Positions 9,535 to 18,993 of a DNA stretch of 45,815 bases are shown piece after piece. The notes beneath the pieces were generated by a model, which saw nothing but the letters and a program-made list of their open reading frames with translations, had not been told where the DNA came from and searched no databases. Each line of letters starts with the position of its first letter. The first letter of the stretch is position 1. The translations under genes were made by a program, and so were the position numbers. Source of the stretch: Lachnoclostridium sp. UBA3775 (GTDB lineage: Bacteria > Bacillota > Clostridia > Lachnospirales > Lachnospiraceae); contig DFFN01000042.1 of assembly GCA_002369525.1 (NCBI GenBank), forward strand, positions 1-45,815, given 5' to 3'.

Positions 9535-10044
9535 ATGATTACACCTATTGAAATCCAGAAGACAGAGTTCAAAATGTCCGTTCAGGGTTATTCGAAAACC
9601 CAGGTGGATGAATTCAAAGCTATTGTACTTAAGGATTATGAAACACTTTACAGGCAGTCACTTGATTTCAGCGAAAAGATCGATCAGCTTAACGAGAAGA
9701 TAGGCTATTATGAAAATATGGAACAGTCTCTCCACAAGGCTCTTGTACTTGCTGAAAAATCTGCCGAAGAGACCAGAAAAACAGCCGAGCTTAATGCCGA
9801 AGCAATTGAAAAAGAGGCAAGAGCCGAGGCAGCAAACATACTCGTTGATGCCAAAAGGCAGCTTGCCCAGGTCTATGAAGCAACCCGTGATCTTGTAAGA
9901 CAGTATGAAACCTACAGGTCACAGTTCATTGCGGCATCAAATGCACAGATCCAGCTTTTAAACAGCGATTCGTTTAAAATTGATATGAACAGGCTTGATG
10001 CTTATAAGGATCAGATCGGTAAAAACGGAGATGAAAAGAACTGA
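9535..10044 (+). CDS. divIVA: DivIVA-domain cell division/polarity protein
   Basis: N-terminal ITPIEIQKTEFKMSVQGYSKTQVDEF lipid-binding motif followed by coiled coil. Confidence 0.85.
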   Translation: MITPIEIQKTEFKMSVQGYSKTQVDEFKAIVLKDYETLYRQSLDFSEKIDQLNEKIGYYENMEQSLHKALVLAEKSAEETRKTAELNAEAIEKEARAEAANILVDAKRQLAQVYEATRDLVRQYETYRSQFIAASNAQIQLLNSDSFKIDMNRLDAYKDQIGKNGDEKN

Positions 10045-10550
10045 TGGTTAAGGGCGCAAAGAAAAATATCATTATTTTTTTACTGATATTTGTTCCCGGG
10101 CTTTTACTGGATCAGCTTACCAAGTATTTTGCAAGAAAAGATCTGGAAGCCAGAGAGAAGGTGCTGATCAAAAAAGTACTTGAACTCAGGTTTTTAAAGA
10201 ATACCGGTGCTGTATGGGGCTCTTTTCAGGGAAAGGCACTTGTGCTGGGGATAGTTTCTATCATCCTGATACTTGCACTTTGTTATATGCTTGTAAAAAT
10301 CCCTTACAGCAAAAGAAATATTCCGCTGATCATCGCATTTTCTCTGATAATATGCGGAGCTATAGGAAACCTGATTGACAGGCTGTATTTTAAATATGTT
10401 ACCGATTTCATATATTTCAGCCTTATCAATTTTCCTATTTTTAATGTTGCAGACATTTATGTTACCTGTGCGACCTTTTTACTGATATTTTTAATCCTTT
10501 TTGTTTACAAGGATGAGGATTTTGAATGGCTGAAGAGAAAAAAGAACTGA
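10044..10550 (+). CDS. lspA: Lipoprotein signal peptidase II
   Basis: Four TM segments; conserved NTGAVWG and FNVADIY blocks. TGATG overlap with divIVA. Confidence 0.9.
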   Translation: MVKGAKKNIIIFLLIFVPGLLLDQLTKYFARKDLEAREKVLIKKVLELRFLKNTGAVWGSFQGKALVLGIVSIILILALCYMLVKIPYSKRNIPLIIAFSLIICGAIGNLIDRLYFKYVTDFIYFSLINFPIFNVADIYVTCATFLLIFLILFVYKDEDFEWLKRKKN

Positions 10551-11506
10551 TCGTAAGCTCCGATCATGCCGGAGATCGCATTGACAGGCTTATTTCAGAT
10601 ATTGAGTCCGATATAAGCAGGAGCCGGGTTCAAAAACTAATTGAATCCCAAAATGTTCTTGTAAATGGTAACATAATTTCGTCCGCAAGCTATAAATGCA
10701 AAGAAAATGATCTGATAACTCTTATTATCCCCGCATCCGAAGAAGTCAATATAGATGCGGAGGATATCCCGCTTAATATAATCTATGAAGATGATGACAT
10801 TATAATAATCGATAAGCCCAAGGGCATGGTGGTACATCCTGCCCCCGGGCATTATTCGGGCACATTGGTAAATGCACTGATGCATCATTGCAAAGACAGT
10901 CTTTCGGGCATAAACGGGGAATTGCGCCCCGGAATTGTTCATCGTATCGATATGAATACAACCGGTCTGCTTGTCATCTGCAAAAATGACAAGGCACATG
11001 TGCTTCTTGCCGAAAAACTCAGCGAACATGATATTACAAGAAGATACTACTGCATTGTTAACGGTCATTTCAAAGAAAATGAAGGCACTGTTGACAAGAT
11101 GATAGGAAGGCATCCCACTGACCGTAAAAAGATGTCGGTCAACGCTAAAAACGGCAGAAGAGCGGTAACTCATTATAAAGTCTTATACAGTTTTCAGGCT
11201 CCGTATACCTTGCTTGAATGCAGCCTTGAAACTGGCCGTACACATCAGATAAGGGTTCATATGTCAAGCATCGGACATCCTCTTCTGGGTGACGATATCT
11301 ATGGCAGCACCAAACAGCCATATAAGACAACAGGACAGGTTCTTCACGCGGCTGTCCTCGGATTTGTACATCCTTCAAAAAACGAATATATGGAATTCAG
11401 ATCACCGTTACCGGAATATTTTACAGAAATAATCAAAAAAATAAGCAAAAGCAATGAGATTGAAACAGTAAATAAAATATTGGAAGGAATGGAATTATTG
11501 AAATAA
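10526..11506 (+). CDS. rluD: RluA-family 23S rRNA pseudouridine synthase (RluD-like)
   Basis: N-terminal S4 domain, catalytic HRIDMNTTGLLV and TGRTHQIRVH motifs. lspA-rluD synteny as in Bacillus. Confidence 0.85.
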   Translation: MAEEKKELIVSSDHAGDRIDRLISDIESDISRSRVQKLIESQNVLVNGNIISSASYKCKENDLITLIIPASEEVNIDAEDIPLNIIYEDDDIIIIDKPKGMVVHPAPGHYSGTLVNALMHHCKDSLSGINGELRPGIVHRIDMNTTGLLVICKNDKAHVLLAEKLSEHDITRRYYCIVNGHFKENEGTVDKMIGRHPTDRKKMSVNAKNGRRAVTHYKVLYSFQAPYTLLECSLETGRTHQIRVHMSSIGHPLLGDDIYGSTKQPYKTTGQVLHAAVLGFVHPSKNEYMEFRSPLPEYFTEIIKKISKSNEIETVNKILEGMELLK

Positions 11507-11508
11507 AT

Positions 11509-12786
11509 ATGAACATTAAATTCAACCGTTTTGAAATCAATGTAAAAAGCGCACTGGCTCTTAACAACAGGGTCCTGATACATGGCTTACCTGGAGTCGG
11601 CAAAACCCAGTTCTGCTACAGATTCTGCAAAAAATCCAAAAAGATCTATACCTTTATCGATTGTGAATATGATGGTATTTTTCTGAAAAAAATATATGAT
11701 CTTATCCCATCCGGAAATTTCAAGGATGAATTTATGAAACTGTGCGGGATAATGGAAACGAATGTGGAAAATGCCATAATAGTCGTTGAAAATATTGAAT
11801 GTTCGGAATTCTTCTGCGAGAAAATCTATTCACGTCTTCGGGATCTCGGTTTTACTCTTATGATGACAATGAGAGTGAAAAACTCTTTTGTATCTGATAT
11901 AGTCAATGACAATACAGTCTGCGTTCTTCGTCCTTCGACTTTCTTTGATATCTTAAGAAATGCCAAACAACATAAATATATAGAAATGCTTATTGCTCAT
12001 ACAGGTCTGTTGACAAGGCTTCCTTCTTTGTATCACAATGATTTTTCAAAGGAATATGAGGCTTTTCTTTCCTACGGCGGACTGCCCAATGCTTACAGAA
12101 CATATATCAATAAATCACTGACTTTTGAGGAACTGAAAAATGTTCATGAATCACAATATATCTATGCCCTTGAAAAGCTTCTTGAGCATTCGGACCTCGA
12201 CGAGCTTAACAGACAGTACTGCAGGCAGGTTTGCAATTCTGTACTTAAGCAGATGCTTGATTCGGATTATTACCGCTTTAATTTTAGTAACATCCGCAAG
12301 GGTGCGACAATGAAGATATATGGGCAGGCTATAAATTTCCTGATTGAAAACAATTTTCTGATAAAGATCAACAAAATCGATGATGAAAGATTTTTCATTT
12401 TATATTTTTATGACAGCGGAGTCTTATACGACAAGCTTCTACAACTGTCGAACAGCAGCATGGACGAAACGGTGTTGGAACACATCCTTTATATCGTAAA
12501 AAGAAACCGTATCGCAAACGAGCTTATTGACAGCAATATGAGTTTATATTACTGGAAGTCGGATTATGCGGCATTCATTGATTTTGTCGTTAAAAACAAG
12601 AACAATACATATGCATGCAAGATTGCGGAAAAAGACGATGTAAGATGCAGGTCCTTGGATGTATATGCAGCCGAAAACATTAATGTTACGTCTGTAATAA
12701 TAAGCGGCAGAAATTTTGACAAACAGAACAGAAAGGTTTATCTTCCGGACTATGCCATAGCCTGTATTGATGAAATTCTTGTCTAA
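11509..12786 (+). CDS. AAA_14/DUF4143-like P-loop protein with degenerate Walker B and nuclease-like C-terminus
   Basis: Walker A GLPGVGKTQ; VVENIE where the family has hhhDEhQ; LRPSTFFD and YGGLP blocks; C-terminal LYYWKSDYAAFIDFVV...CKIAEK resembles the DUF4143 E-D...E-K core. Assignment by pattern recall only. Confidence 0.5.
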   Translation: MNIKFNRFEINVKSALALNNRVLIHGLPGVGKTQFCYRFCKKSKKIYTFIDCEYDGIFLKKIYDLIPSGNFKDEFMKLCGIMETNVENAIIVVENIECSEFFCEKIYSRLRDLGFTLMMTMRVKNSFVSDIVNDNTVCVLRPSTFFDILRNAKQHKYIEMLIAHTGLLTRLPSLYHNDFSKEYEAFLSYGGLPNAYRTYINKSLTFEELKNVHESQYIYALEKLLEHSDLDELNRQYCRQVCNSVLKQMLDSDYYRFNFSNIRKGATMKIYGQAINFLIENNFLIKINKIDDERFFILYFYDSGVLYDKLLQLSNSSMDETVLEHILYIVKRNRIANELIDSNMSLYYWKSDYAAFIDFVVKNKNNTYACKIAEKDDVRCRSLDVYAAENINVTSVIISGRNFDKQNRKVYLPDYAIACIDEILV

Positions 12787-12793
12787 AAAACTC

Positions 12794-12822
12794 TTGACTT
12801 TGCTTTTCTATTATAGTAGAAT
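12794..12822 (+). promoter_or_regulatory. Sigma-A promoter: TTGACT - 17 nt - TAGAAT
   Basis: -35 at 12794-12799 and -10 at 12817-12822, upstream of the BlaI-like gene. Confidence 0.55.
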
Positions 12823-12834
12823 TATCGTGCTGGT

Positions 12835-12850
12835 TAATACTAAAGTATTA
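12835..12850. promoter_or_regulatory. Candidate operator: perfect inverted repeat TAATACT-AA-AGTATTA
   Basis: 7-bp arms with a 2-nt centre, between the -10 and the RBS of the BlaI/CopY-family gene. The core TACTnnAGTA resembles cop/bla boxes (TACAnnTGTA). Confidence 0.45.
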
Positions 12851-12864
12851 GAAAGGTAAACGAT

Positions 12865-13239
12865 ATGAGTACAATCAGGCTTCATGAAGGTGAATTGAAC
12901 GTAATGGAGATGCTCTGGAGCAATCAGAGCCTTCCTGCAAAGGATATTGCCAAAATAATAAAGGATTATATCGGCTGGGAGAAGAATACTACTTATACTG
13001 TAATTAAACGTCTGATAGATAAAGGTGCCGTTAAACGTGAGGATCCCGGATTTGTCTGCAAGGCCTGCATTACCAAAAAGGAAGTGCAGAAGATTGAGAC
13101 CGATGCTTTGATAGACAAGGTTTTCAGCGGCAGCCTTACGGAATTCATCGATAATTATCTCGGGCAGAAAAAGCTTACATCGGAAGAAATGCTTCACTTA
13201 AGAAAGGTAATCGAGGCTCAGTATAAGAATATGTTTTAA
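12865..13239 (+). CDS. BlaI/MecI/CopY-family winged-helix transcriptional repressor
   Basis: 124 aa. LHEGELNVMEMLWSNQSLPAKDIAKII...TTYTVIKRLIDKGAVKRE is the typical penicillinase-repressor N-domain. No BlaR1/M56 sensor gene adjacent. Confidence 0.8.
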   Translation: MSTIRLHEGELNVMEMLWSNQSLPAKDIAKIIKDYIGWEKNTTYTVIKRLIDKGAVKREDPGFVCKACITKKEVQKIETDALIDKVFSGSLTEFIDNYLGQKKLTSEEMLHLRKVIEAQYKNMF

Positions 13240-13248
13240 TTTATGTTC

Positions 13249-13277
13249 TTGACATGAAATGAAAAATATTGTATTAT
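13249..13277 (+). promoter_or_regulatory. Sigma-A promoter: TTGACA - 17 nt - TATTAT
   Basis: Consensus -35 at 13249-13254 and -10 at 13272-13277, upstream of rny (RBS GGAGGTG, ATG at 13333). Confidence 0.5.
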
Positions 13278-13332
13278 AATAATGTTGTTTATTTTTTGAA
13301 TTTTGACAATTAAATATGGAGGTGTCATTTAA

Positions 13333-14880
13333 ATGATAAAAATACTGATTTCAGTCATTGTCACCGCTATAATAGTATTTCTGATTACCTGGAAGGCTGC
13401 CATTGCATATAGAATCAAGGTATATGAAGCAAAGGTCGGAGAAGCCAACAAGCTTGCGGATGAAATCAAAGCCGAAGCAGAAAAGGCTGCAGAAACTATG
13501 AAGCGTGAAGCTTTGCTTGAAGCAAAAGAGGAAGCTTTAAAAGCAAAGAATGACTTTGATCGAGAAAAGAAAGAACAGCGTGCTGAGCTTCAGCGCACTG
13601 AAAAGAGATTGGTATCTAAGGAAGAAAATATTGACAGGAAGACGGAAGCCCTCGAAAAGAAAGAACAGCGCATGAACCAGAAGGAGCAGGAGCTGGATGC
13701 ACTTCGTAAACAGGCTAAGGACAGTGCTGACAAGCAGCTTGCCGAGCTCGAGAGAATTTCCGGATTCACCTCCGAAAAAGCAAAAGAATATCTTTTACAA
13801 TCTGTTAAAGAAGAATGTACGCATGAAATGGCTGTGCTTGTCAAGGACATTGAGACCAAGGCAAGAGAGGATGCCGATAAAAAGGCAAGAGACATAGTTG
13901 TCAATGCGATACAAAGATGTGCCGCCGACAGTGTAACAGAGGCAACCATATCTGTTGTTCAGCTTCCCAATGACGAGATGAAGGGAAGAATCATCGGACG
14001 TGAGGGAAGAAATATCAGAACGATTGAAACCCTTACCGGCGTCGATCTCATAATCGACGATACTCCCGAGGCAGTAATTCTTTCATGCCACGATCCTATC
14101 AGACGTGAAGTGGCCAGGATCGCTCTTGAAAGACTTATCATAGACGGACGTATTCATCCTACAAGGATTGAAGAAATGGTTGACAAGGCCAAGAAAGAAG
14201 TTGAAAACATCATAAGAGAGGAAGGAGAAGCAGCTGTCATAAAGACAGGTGTGCATGGACTTCATCCCGAGCTTGTTAAGCTTCTCGGCCGCATGAAATA
14301 CCGTTTCAGTTATGGTCAGAATGCCCTTAAGCATTCAATCGAGGTTTCAATCCTTTCAGGTCTTCTGGCTGCCGAAATGGGTCAGGATGTAAGGCTTGCA
14401 AAACGTGCCGGCCTTCTTCATGATATAGGAAAGTCCGTTGACCATGAGGTTGAAGGAACCCACGTTCAGATCGGTGCCGAACTTTGCAGAAAATATAAGG
14501 AATCCAATATTGTCATCAATGCGGTTGAAGCTCATCACGGTGACGTTGAATTCGGTTCGCTTATCGCATGCATCGTTCAGGCAGCTGATACAATAAGTGC
14601 CGCTCGTCCCGGTGCAAGAAGAGAAACACTTGAAAATTACACTAACAGATTAAAACAGCTTGAAGATATTGCCAACAGCTTTAACGGAGTTGAGAAATCC
14701 TTTGCTATACAGGCGGGCCGTGAGGTTCGTGTTATGGTAGTTCCTGATCAGATCAATGATGATGAAATGGTTCTTTTGGGCAGAGAGCTTGCAAAGAAGA
14801 TAGAGTCAGAGCTTGAATACCCGGGCCAGATCAAGGTCAGCCTGATAAGGGAATCCAGAGTTACCGATTATGCAAAATGA
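13333..14880 (+). CDS. rny: Ribonuclease Y
   Basis: N-terminal TM, long charged coiled coil, KH domain ([12 protein letters not shown]), HD domain (LLHDIGK ... AHHG). Confidence 0.95.
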   Translation: MIKILISVIVTAIIVFLITWKAAIAYRIKVYEAKVGEANKLADEIKAEAEKAAETMKREALLEAKEEALKAKNDFDREKKEQRAELQRTEKRLVSKEENIDRKTEALEKKEQRMNQKEQELDALRKQAKDSADKQLAELERISGFTSEKAKEYLLQSVKEECTHEMAVLVKDIETKAREDADKKARDIVVNAIQRCAADSVTEATISVVQLPNDEMKGRIIGREGRNIRTIETLTGVDLIIDDTPEAVILSCHDPIRREVARIALERLIIDGRIHPTRIEEMVDKAKKEVENIIREEGEAAVIKTGVHGLHPELVKLLGRMKYRFSYGQNALKHSIEVSILSGLLAAEMGQDVRLAKRAGLLHDIGKSVDHEVEGTHVQIGAELCRKYKESNIVINAVEAHHGDVEFGSLIACIVQAADTISAARPGARRETLENYTNRLKQLEDIANSFNGVEKSFAIQAGREVRVMVVPDQINDDEMVLLGRELAKKIESELEYPGQIKVSLIRESRVTDYAK

Positions 14881-14885
14881 TTCGA

Positions 14886-14919
14886 GGCTGCTTACTTATG
14901 GGTAAGCAGCCTTATTTTT
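14886..14919 (+). terminator. Rho-independent terminator of rny
   Basis: GGCTGCTTAC / GTAAGCAGCC 10-bp perfect stem (14886-14911) followed by TTATTTTT. Confidence 0.8.
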
Positions 14920-14940
14920 ATATAAAAATCAATTTGTGTC

Positions 14941-14969
14941 TTGCTTTTTTCTCGGTTTTAATGTAGAAT
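14941..14969 (+). promoter_or_regulatory. Sigma-A promoter: TTGCTT - 17 nt - TAGAAT
   Basis: -35 at 14941-14946 and -10 at 14964-14969, upstream of the aminotransferase gene. Confidence 0.55.
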
Positions 14970-14976
14970 TAAAAAG

Positions 14977-14988
14977 ATTGTATACAAT
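14977..14988. promoter_or_regulatory. Perfect 12-bp palindrome ATTGTATACAAT (candidate operator)
   Basis: Self-complementary 12-mer starting 8 nt after the -10, i.e. at or near the predicted TSS of the aminotransferase operon. Confidence 0.35.
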
Positions 14989-15038
14989 CCCCCTAAAGGG
15001 CGATCTATAACCATATGTATCATCAGGAGGAGAAATAA

Positions 15039-16238
15039 ATGTCACTATCATTGTCTGTTAAAGCAACAAAGGTAAAGCCTTCATCAACGCTTGCGATTTC
15101 AGCAAAGGCAAATGAGCTTAAAGCTCAGGGCCTTGATGTTGTAAGCTTCGGAGCCGGAGAGCCCGATTTCCAGACTCCGGAAAATATTAAGGATGCGGCA
15201 CATGCTGCGATAAACAATAACTATACCAAATATACAGCCGCTTCGGGTATGCCCGCGCTTAAACAGGCTGTCTGCGATAAATTTGCGAGATTCAATAATC
15301 TTAAATATGAGCCTTCTCAGGTTGTGATCAGCAACGGAGGAAAGCATACGCTTATGAATGCTTTTCAGGCAATACTTAATCCCGGAGATGAAGTCATCAT
15401 TCCCGCTCCCTACTGGCTCAGCTATCCGGAGATGGTAAAGCTTGCTGACGGTGTTCCCGTGTTTGTAAGATGCGAAGCAGACCAGCAGTATAAAATTACC
15501 GCCAAACAGCTTGAGGATGCCTGTACGGAAAAAACAAAGGCATTTGTTCTGACAAGCCCCAGCAATCCTACCGGTATGGTTTATAACAAGGAAGAACTTG
15601 AAGCAATTGCCGAGGTTGTTGTTCGTAAGGATATTTTTGTGATTTCGGATGAAATATATGAGAATCTTGTTTATGATGACAATAAGGCTGTCAGCATTGC
15701 GAGTCTTAACGATGAGATATATAAGCATACAATTACCTGCAACGGTATGGCTAAGGGCTATTCGATGACAGGCTGGAGAATAGGTTATTGCGGCGCTCCC
15801 AAGGATGTTGCAAAGGCCATGTCCTCCGTTCAGTCCCATCAGACATCAAACCCCAATACAATTGCCCAGCATGCTTCTGTCGAAGCATTAAACGGTCCTC
15901 AGGAATCCGTTGCCCTCATGAGAGAACAGTTTGATAAGAGAAGGCAGGTAATGTATGACAGAATCAGCAAAATGCCATATTTCTCTATGTTAAAGCCTCA
16001 GGGTGCATTCTATGCATTTATCGACTGTCATGAGGTTATCGGAAAAAAACATAAGGGTACCGTTATTAACGATATATCCGACTTTGCAAAAATACTTATT
16101 GAGGATTATCTTGTTGCGGTTATTCCCTGCGCTGATTTTGGTTTTGCCGACCATATCAGGCTTTCATATGCAACCAGTCTCGAGCAGATCAACAAAGGTC
16201 TTGACAGGATAGCCGAATGCCTTTCAAACCTTAAATAA
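15039..16238 (+). CDS. Class I PLP-dependent aminotransferase (aspartate aminotransferase-like)
   Basis: SNPTGMVY and NGMAKGYSMTGWRIGY (PLP lysine) blocks; 399 aa; RBS AGGAGGAG. Confidence 0.85.
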   Translation: MSLSLSVKATKVKPSSTLAISAKANELKAQGLDVVSFGAGEPDFQTPENIKDAAHAAINNNYTKYTAASGMPALKQAVCDKFARFNNLKYEPSQVVISNGGKHTLMNAFQAILNPGDEVIIPAPYWLSYPEMVKLADGVPVFVRCEADQQYKITAKQLEDACTEKTKAFVLTSPSNPTGMVYNKEELEAIAEVVVRKDIFVISDEIYENLVYDDNKAVSIASLNDEIYKHTITCNGMAKGYSMTGWRIGYCGAPKDVAKAMSSVQSHQTSNPNTIAQHASVEALNGPQESVALMREQFDKRRQVMYDRISKMPYFSMLKPQGAFYAFIDCHEVIGKKHKGTVINDISDFAKILIEDYLVAVIPCADFGFADHIRLSYATSLEQINKGLDRIAECLSNLK

Positions 16239-16255
16239 TTTACGGAGTAATCAAC

Positions 16256-16798
16256 ATGAGCGGTTATAAACGTGTCGGAAGAGAATTGATTCATAAGGGT
16301 GCCATCGTTGAACTTTACAAGGATAAGATGCAGCTTGACGACGGAAGTGTGCATGACTGGGATTTTATCAGGCATCCGGGTGCGGCTGCGGTTGTTCCGG
16401 TTGATAAAGACGGCAATATCATAATGGTAAGACAGTACAGAAATGCTCTCGGCCGTTATACCATCGAACTGCCTGCGGGAGGAAAGAATCCTGATGAGAA
16501 TTTTGAAACCTGCGCTTTAAGGGAGCTTGAGGAGGAAACAGGCTTTAAAGCCGGACATCATGAGCTTTTGTGCGATATTTTCACAACCGTTGCATTGATG
16601 GATGAAAGAATTCCGATATATCTTGCAACCGATCTTGTGCCGACAAAGCAGCATCTCGATGAAGATGAATTTCTTAATGTTGAAAAGCACAGCATAGATG
16701 AATTGCTTAAAATGATTTATGAGGGAAGACTGCAGGATTCGAAAACAATATGCGGAATTCTTACATATGTAACAAAGTACGGAATTAAGAGCAAATAA
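16256..16798 (+). CDS. Nudix hydrolase (ADP-ribose pyrophosphatase-like)
   Basis: Nudix box GGKNPDENFETCALRELEEETGF (Gx5Ex7REUxEExGU). Confidence 0.8.
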   Translation: MSGYKRVGRELIHKGAIVELYKDKMQLDDGSVHDWDFIRHPGAAAVVPVDKDGNIIMVRQYRNALGRYTIELPAGGKNPDENFETCALRELEEETGFKAGHHELLCDIFTTVALMDERIPIYLATDLVPTKQHLDEDEFLNVEKHSIDELLKMIYEGRLQDSKTICGILTYVTKYGIKSK

Positions 16799-16820
16799 TT
16801 TACGGGCCGGGGACGGGAAT

Positions 16821-18155
16821 ATGTATAATATCATTCTTAAAAAGAAAAGAAACATAGAACTCAGTACCGAAGAGATATATAAGGTGATCGAGGGTTACAC
16901 CAGAGGCGACATACCTGATTATCAGATGAGTGCGCTTTTAATGGCAATATGCTTTAACGGCATGAGTGAAAGGGAAACCTTTGATCTTACCATGGCCATG
17001 GCTTACAGCGGTGATATGCTCAAGCTCGAACGAATACATAACATTACTGCCGACAAGCACAGTACCGGAGGCGTGGGCGATAAAACCTCTCTTATAGTTG
17101 CGCCAATCGCTGCCGCAAACGGTGTATCAATGGCTAAAATGAGTGGAAAAGGACTCGGTCATACCGGCGGTACGATTGACAAGCTTGACTCGATTCCGGG
17201 CTTCAGGACTGAACTTAGCGAAGAAGAATTTATTGACTGTGTAAATTCCTGCGGAATGGCAATCATTTCCCAATCCGGTGAGCTTGCACCCGCCGACAAA
17301 AAAATGTACGCGTTGCGTGATGTAACTGCAACGGTTGACAGTATACCCTTAATTGCCTCCAGCATCATGAGCAAGAAGCTTGCCGCAGGGGCCAAAATTA
17401 TCGTTCTTGACGTTAAATGCGGAAGCGGGGCATTCATGAAAAATTTCGAGGATGCAAAAAAGCTTGCCGAGACAATGATAGAAATAGGAAAAAGAGGCGA
17501 CAGGAAAACCTATGCTCTTATTTCCGATATGGACCAGCCTCTCGGAGATTATGTCGGTAACAGGCTTGAGGTTTACGAAGCGGTTAAAATCCTCCATGGC
17601 GAGGGCACCGAGGACCTGATGGATGCCTGCCTCGATCTTTCTGCAATGATACTCATCGGAGCAGGAAAAGCAGGAGACATAGAAAGCGGCAGGACAATTG
17701 CAAAGAAAACGATTGAAAGCGGAGAGGCTCTCAGGGTATTTAAAAACTTTATTGCCGCACAGGGCGGAGATAACACATTTGCCGACAATCCCGAAATACT
17801 GATAAAACCAACAAATAAAATAGAAGTAAAAGCGGGAAAAACAGGTTATATCACGTCGATCGATACCGAAAAGATAGGTCTTGCCTCAATGTATCTTGGC
17901 GGAGGAAGACAGAAAAAAGAAGATGTGATCGATCCGGATGTCGGTCTTGTGGTTCATCGTAAAAAAGGCTCTTTCGTAAATGCCGGCGAAACCCTTGTAA
18001 CTCTTTTTTCAAAACCATTATCAAACACCGAACAGGCGCTTGAATGTATTTCGGAAGCTTATAAAATAAGTCCGGAAATGCCGTCTGAGGATGAAGCATC
18101 AAAGAAACATACCCTTGCTTATCTCGGTGTCGAAGATCCGGGTGTTGACCGATGA
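16821..18155 (+). CDS. pdp: Pyrimidine-nucleoside (thymidine) phosphorylase
   Basis: KHSTGGVGDK phosphate-binding motif, SGKGLGHTGGTIDKL; 444 aa. Confidence 0.9.
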   Translation: MYNIILKKKRNIELSTEEIYKVIEGYTRGDIPDYQMSALLMAICFNGMSERETFDLTMAMAYSGDMLKLERIHNITADKHSTGGVGDKTSLIVAPIAAANGVSMAKMSGKGLGHTGGTIDKLDSIPGFRTELSEEEFIDCVNSCGMAIISQSGELAPADKKMYALRDVTATVDSIPLIASSIMSKKLAAGAKIIVLDVKCGSGAFMKNFEDAKKLAETMIEIGKRGDRKTYALISDMDQPLGDYVGNRLEVYEAVKILHGEGTEDLMDACLDLSAMILIGAGKAGDIESGRTIAKKTIESGEALRVFKNFIAAQGGDNTFADNPEILIKPTNKIEVKAGKTGYITSIDTEKIGLASMYLGGGRQKKEDVIDPDVGLVVHRKKGSFVNAGETLVTLFSKPLSNTEQALECISEAYKISPEMPSEDEASKKHTLAYLGVEDPGVDR

Positions 18156-18991
18156 AGTTATTTTTTATCGTTATCGGAATTTTGTTCCTGATTTTTTTTG
18201 CGGATGCGCTTATATGCAGAAAGTGGCTTGAGTTTACAAAGACAAGTATAGTCTGTAATATAAAAAAAGCCTGTCGTATCATTCATATCAGCGATCTTCA
18301 TGATTACAGTTACGGAAAAGGCAATGAAAGGCTGATAAGACTTATCGAAAATGACAGACCGGATTATATATGTATAAGCGGGGACCTTCTCAATTCGAAG
18401 GGAAAGTCGGCGGCAAAAACCATAAGACTTTTGGAAGAGCTTAACAGAATAGCAAAAGTAATATATGTCCGCGGCAATCATGAGCTGATTTTTAACGAAT
18501 ATGATTCCAAAGCATATAATGAATATATTACGGCTGTTAAAAAAACCGGAACTATACTTCTTGATGATTCTGAATATGACAGCAATGATTTTTCTTTTTA
18601 CGGATATACTAATAAAATGAGGGAATACAAGAAGTTTGGAGGTATATATCCTCTGACGCTTGAGAAAATGACGGAAGATATTCCTGTCCCGAAAAAATCC
18701 TTCAGTATTTTGCTGGCACATAATCCTGTATATTTTGATATTTATACCCGCTGGGGTGCAGACCTGATACTTTCGGGGCATCTTCACGGCGGAATAATCA
18801 GGCTTCCTTTTATCGGAGGCATAATATCGCCCCAGACTTTTTTCGGAAGAAAATATTCTGCGGGCTTATATGAAAAAAACGGGAAGTATATGTATGTTTC
18901 GAGGGGCCTCGGGCTGCATACATTACATATCAGGGTATTTAACCGGCCCGAGCTTGCACGGATCGACCTGATTCCCGAAAACAAGAGGTAG
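18152..18991 (+). CDS. Membrane-anchored calcineurin-like metallophosphoesterase
   Basis: N-terminal TM; metallophosphatase motifs IHISDLHD, GDLLN, GNHE, GHLHGG. ATGA overlap with pdp. Confidence 0.8.
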   Translation: MKLFFIVIGILFLIFFADALICRKWLEFTKTSIVCNIKKACRIIHISDLHDYSYGKGNERLIRLIENDRPDYICISGDLLNSKGKSAAKTIRLLEELNRIAKVIYVRGNHELIFNEYDSKAYNEYITAVKKTGTILLDDSEYDSNDFSFYGYTNKMREYKKFGGIYPLTLEKMTEDIPVPKKSFSILLAHNPVYFDIYTRWGADLILSGHLHGGIIRLPFIGGIISPQTFFGRKYSAGLYEKNGKYMYVSRGLGLHTLHIRVFNRPELARIDLIPENKR

Positions 18992-18993
18992 AA

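Noticed and set aside
15099-15839. Long antisense ORFs inside well-supported genes. Examples: 15099..15839 (246 aa), 41380..42216 (278 aa), 37695..38381 (228 aa), 18158..18787 (209 aa), 10637..11173 (178 aa), 7733..8254 (173 aa), 4041..4505, 1464..1886, 36928..37368, 29273..29716.
   Set aside because: Each lies fully opposite a gene with clear family motifs and a proper RBS. Their translations are low-complexity or hydrophobic nonsense with no motifs and no RBS. They are shadow ORFs.
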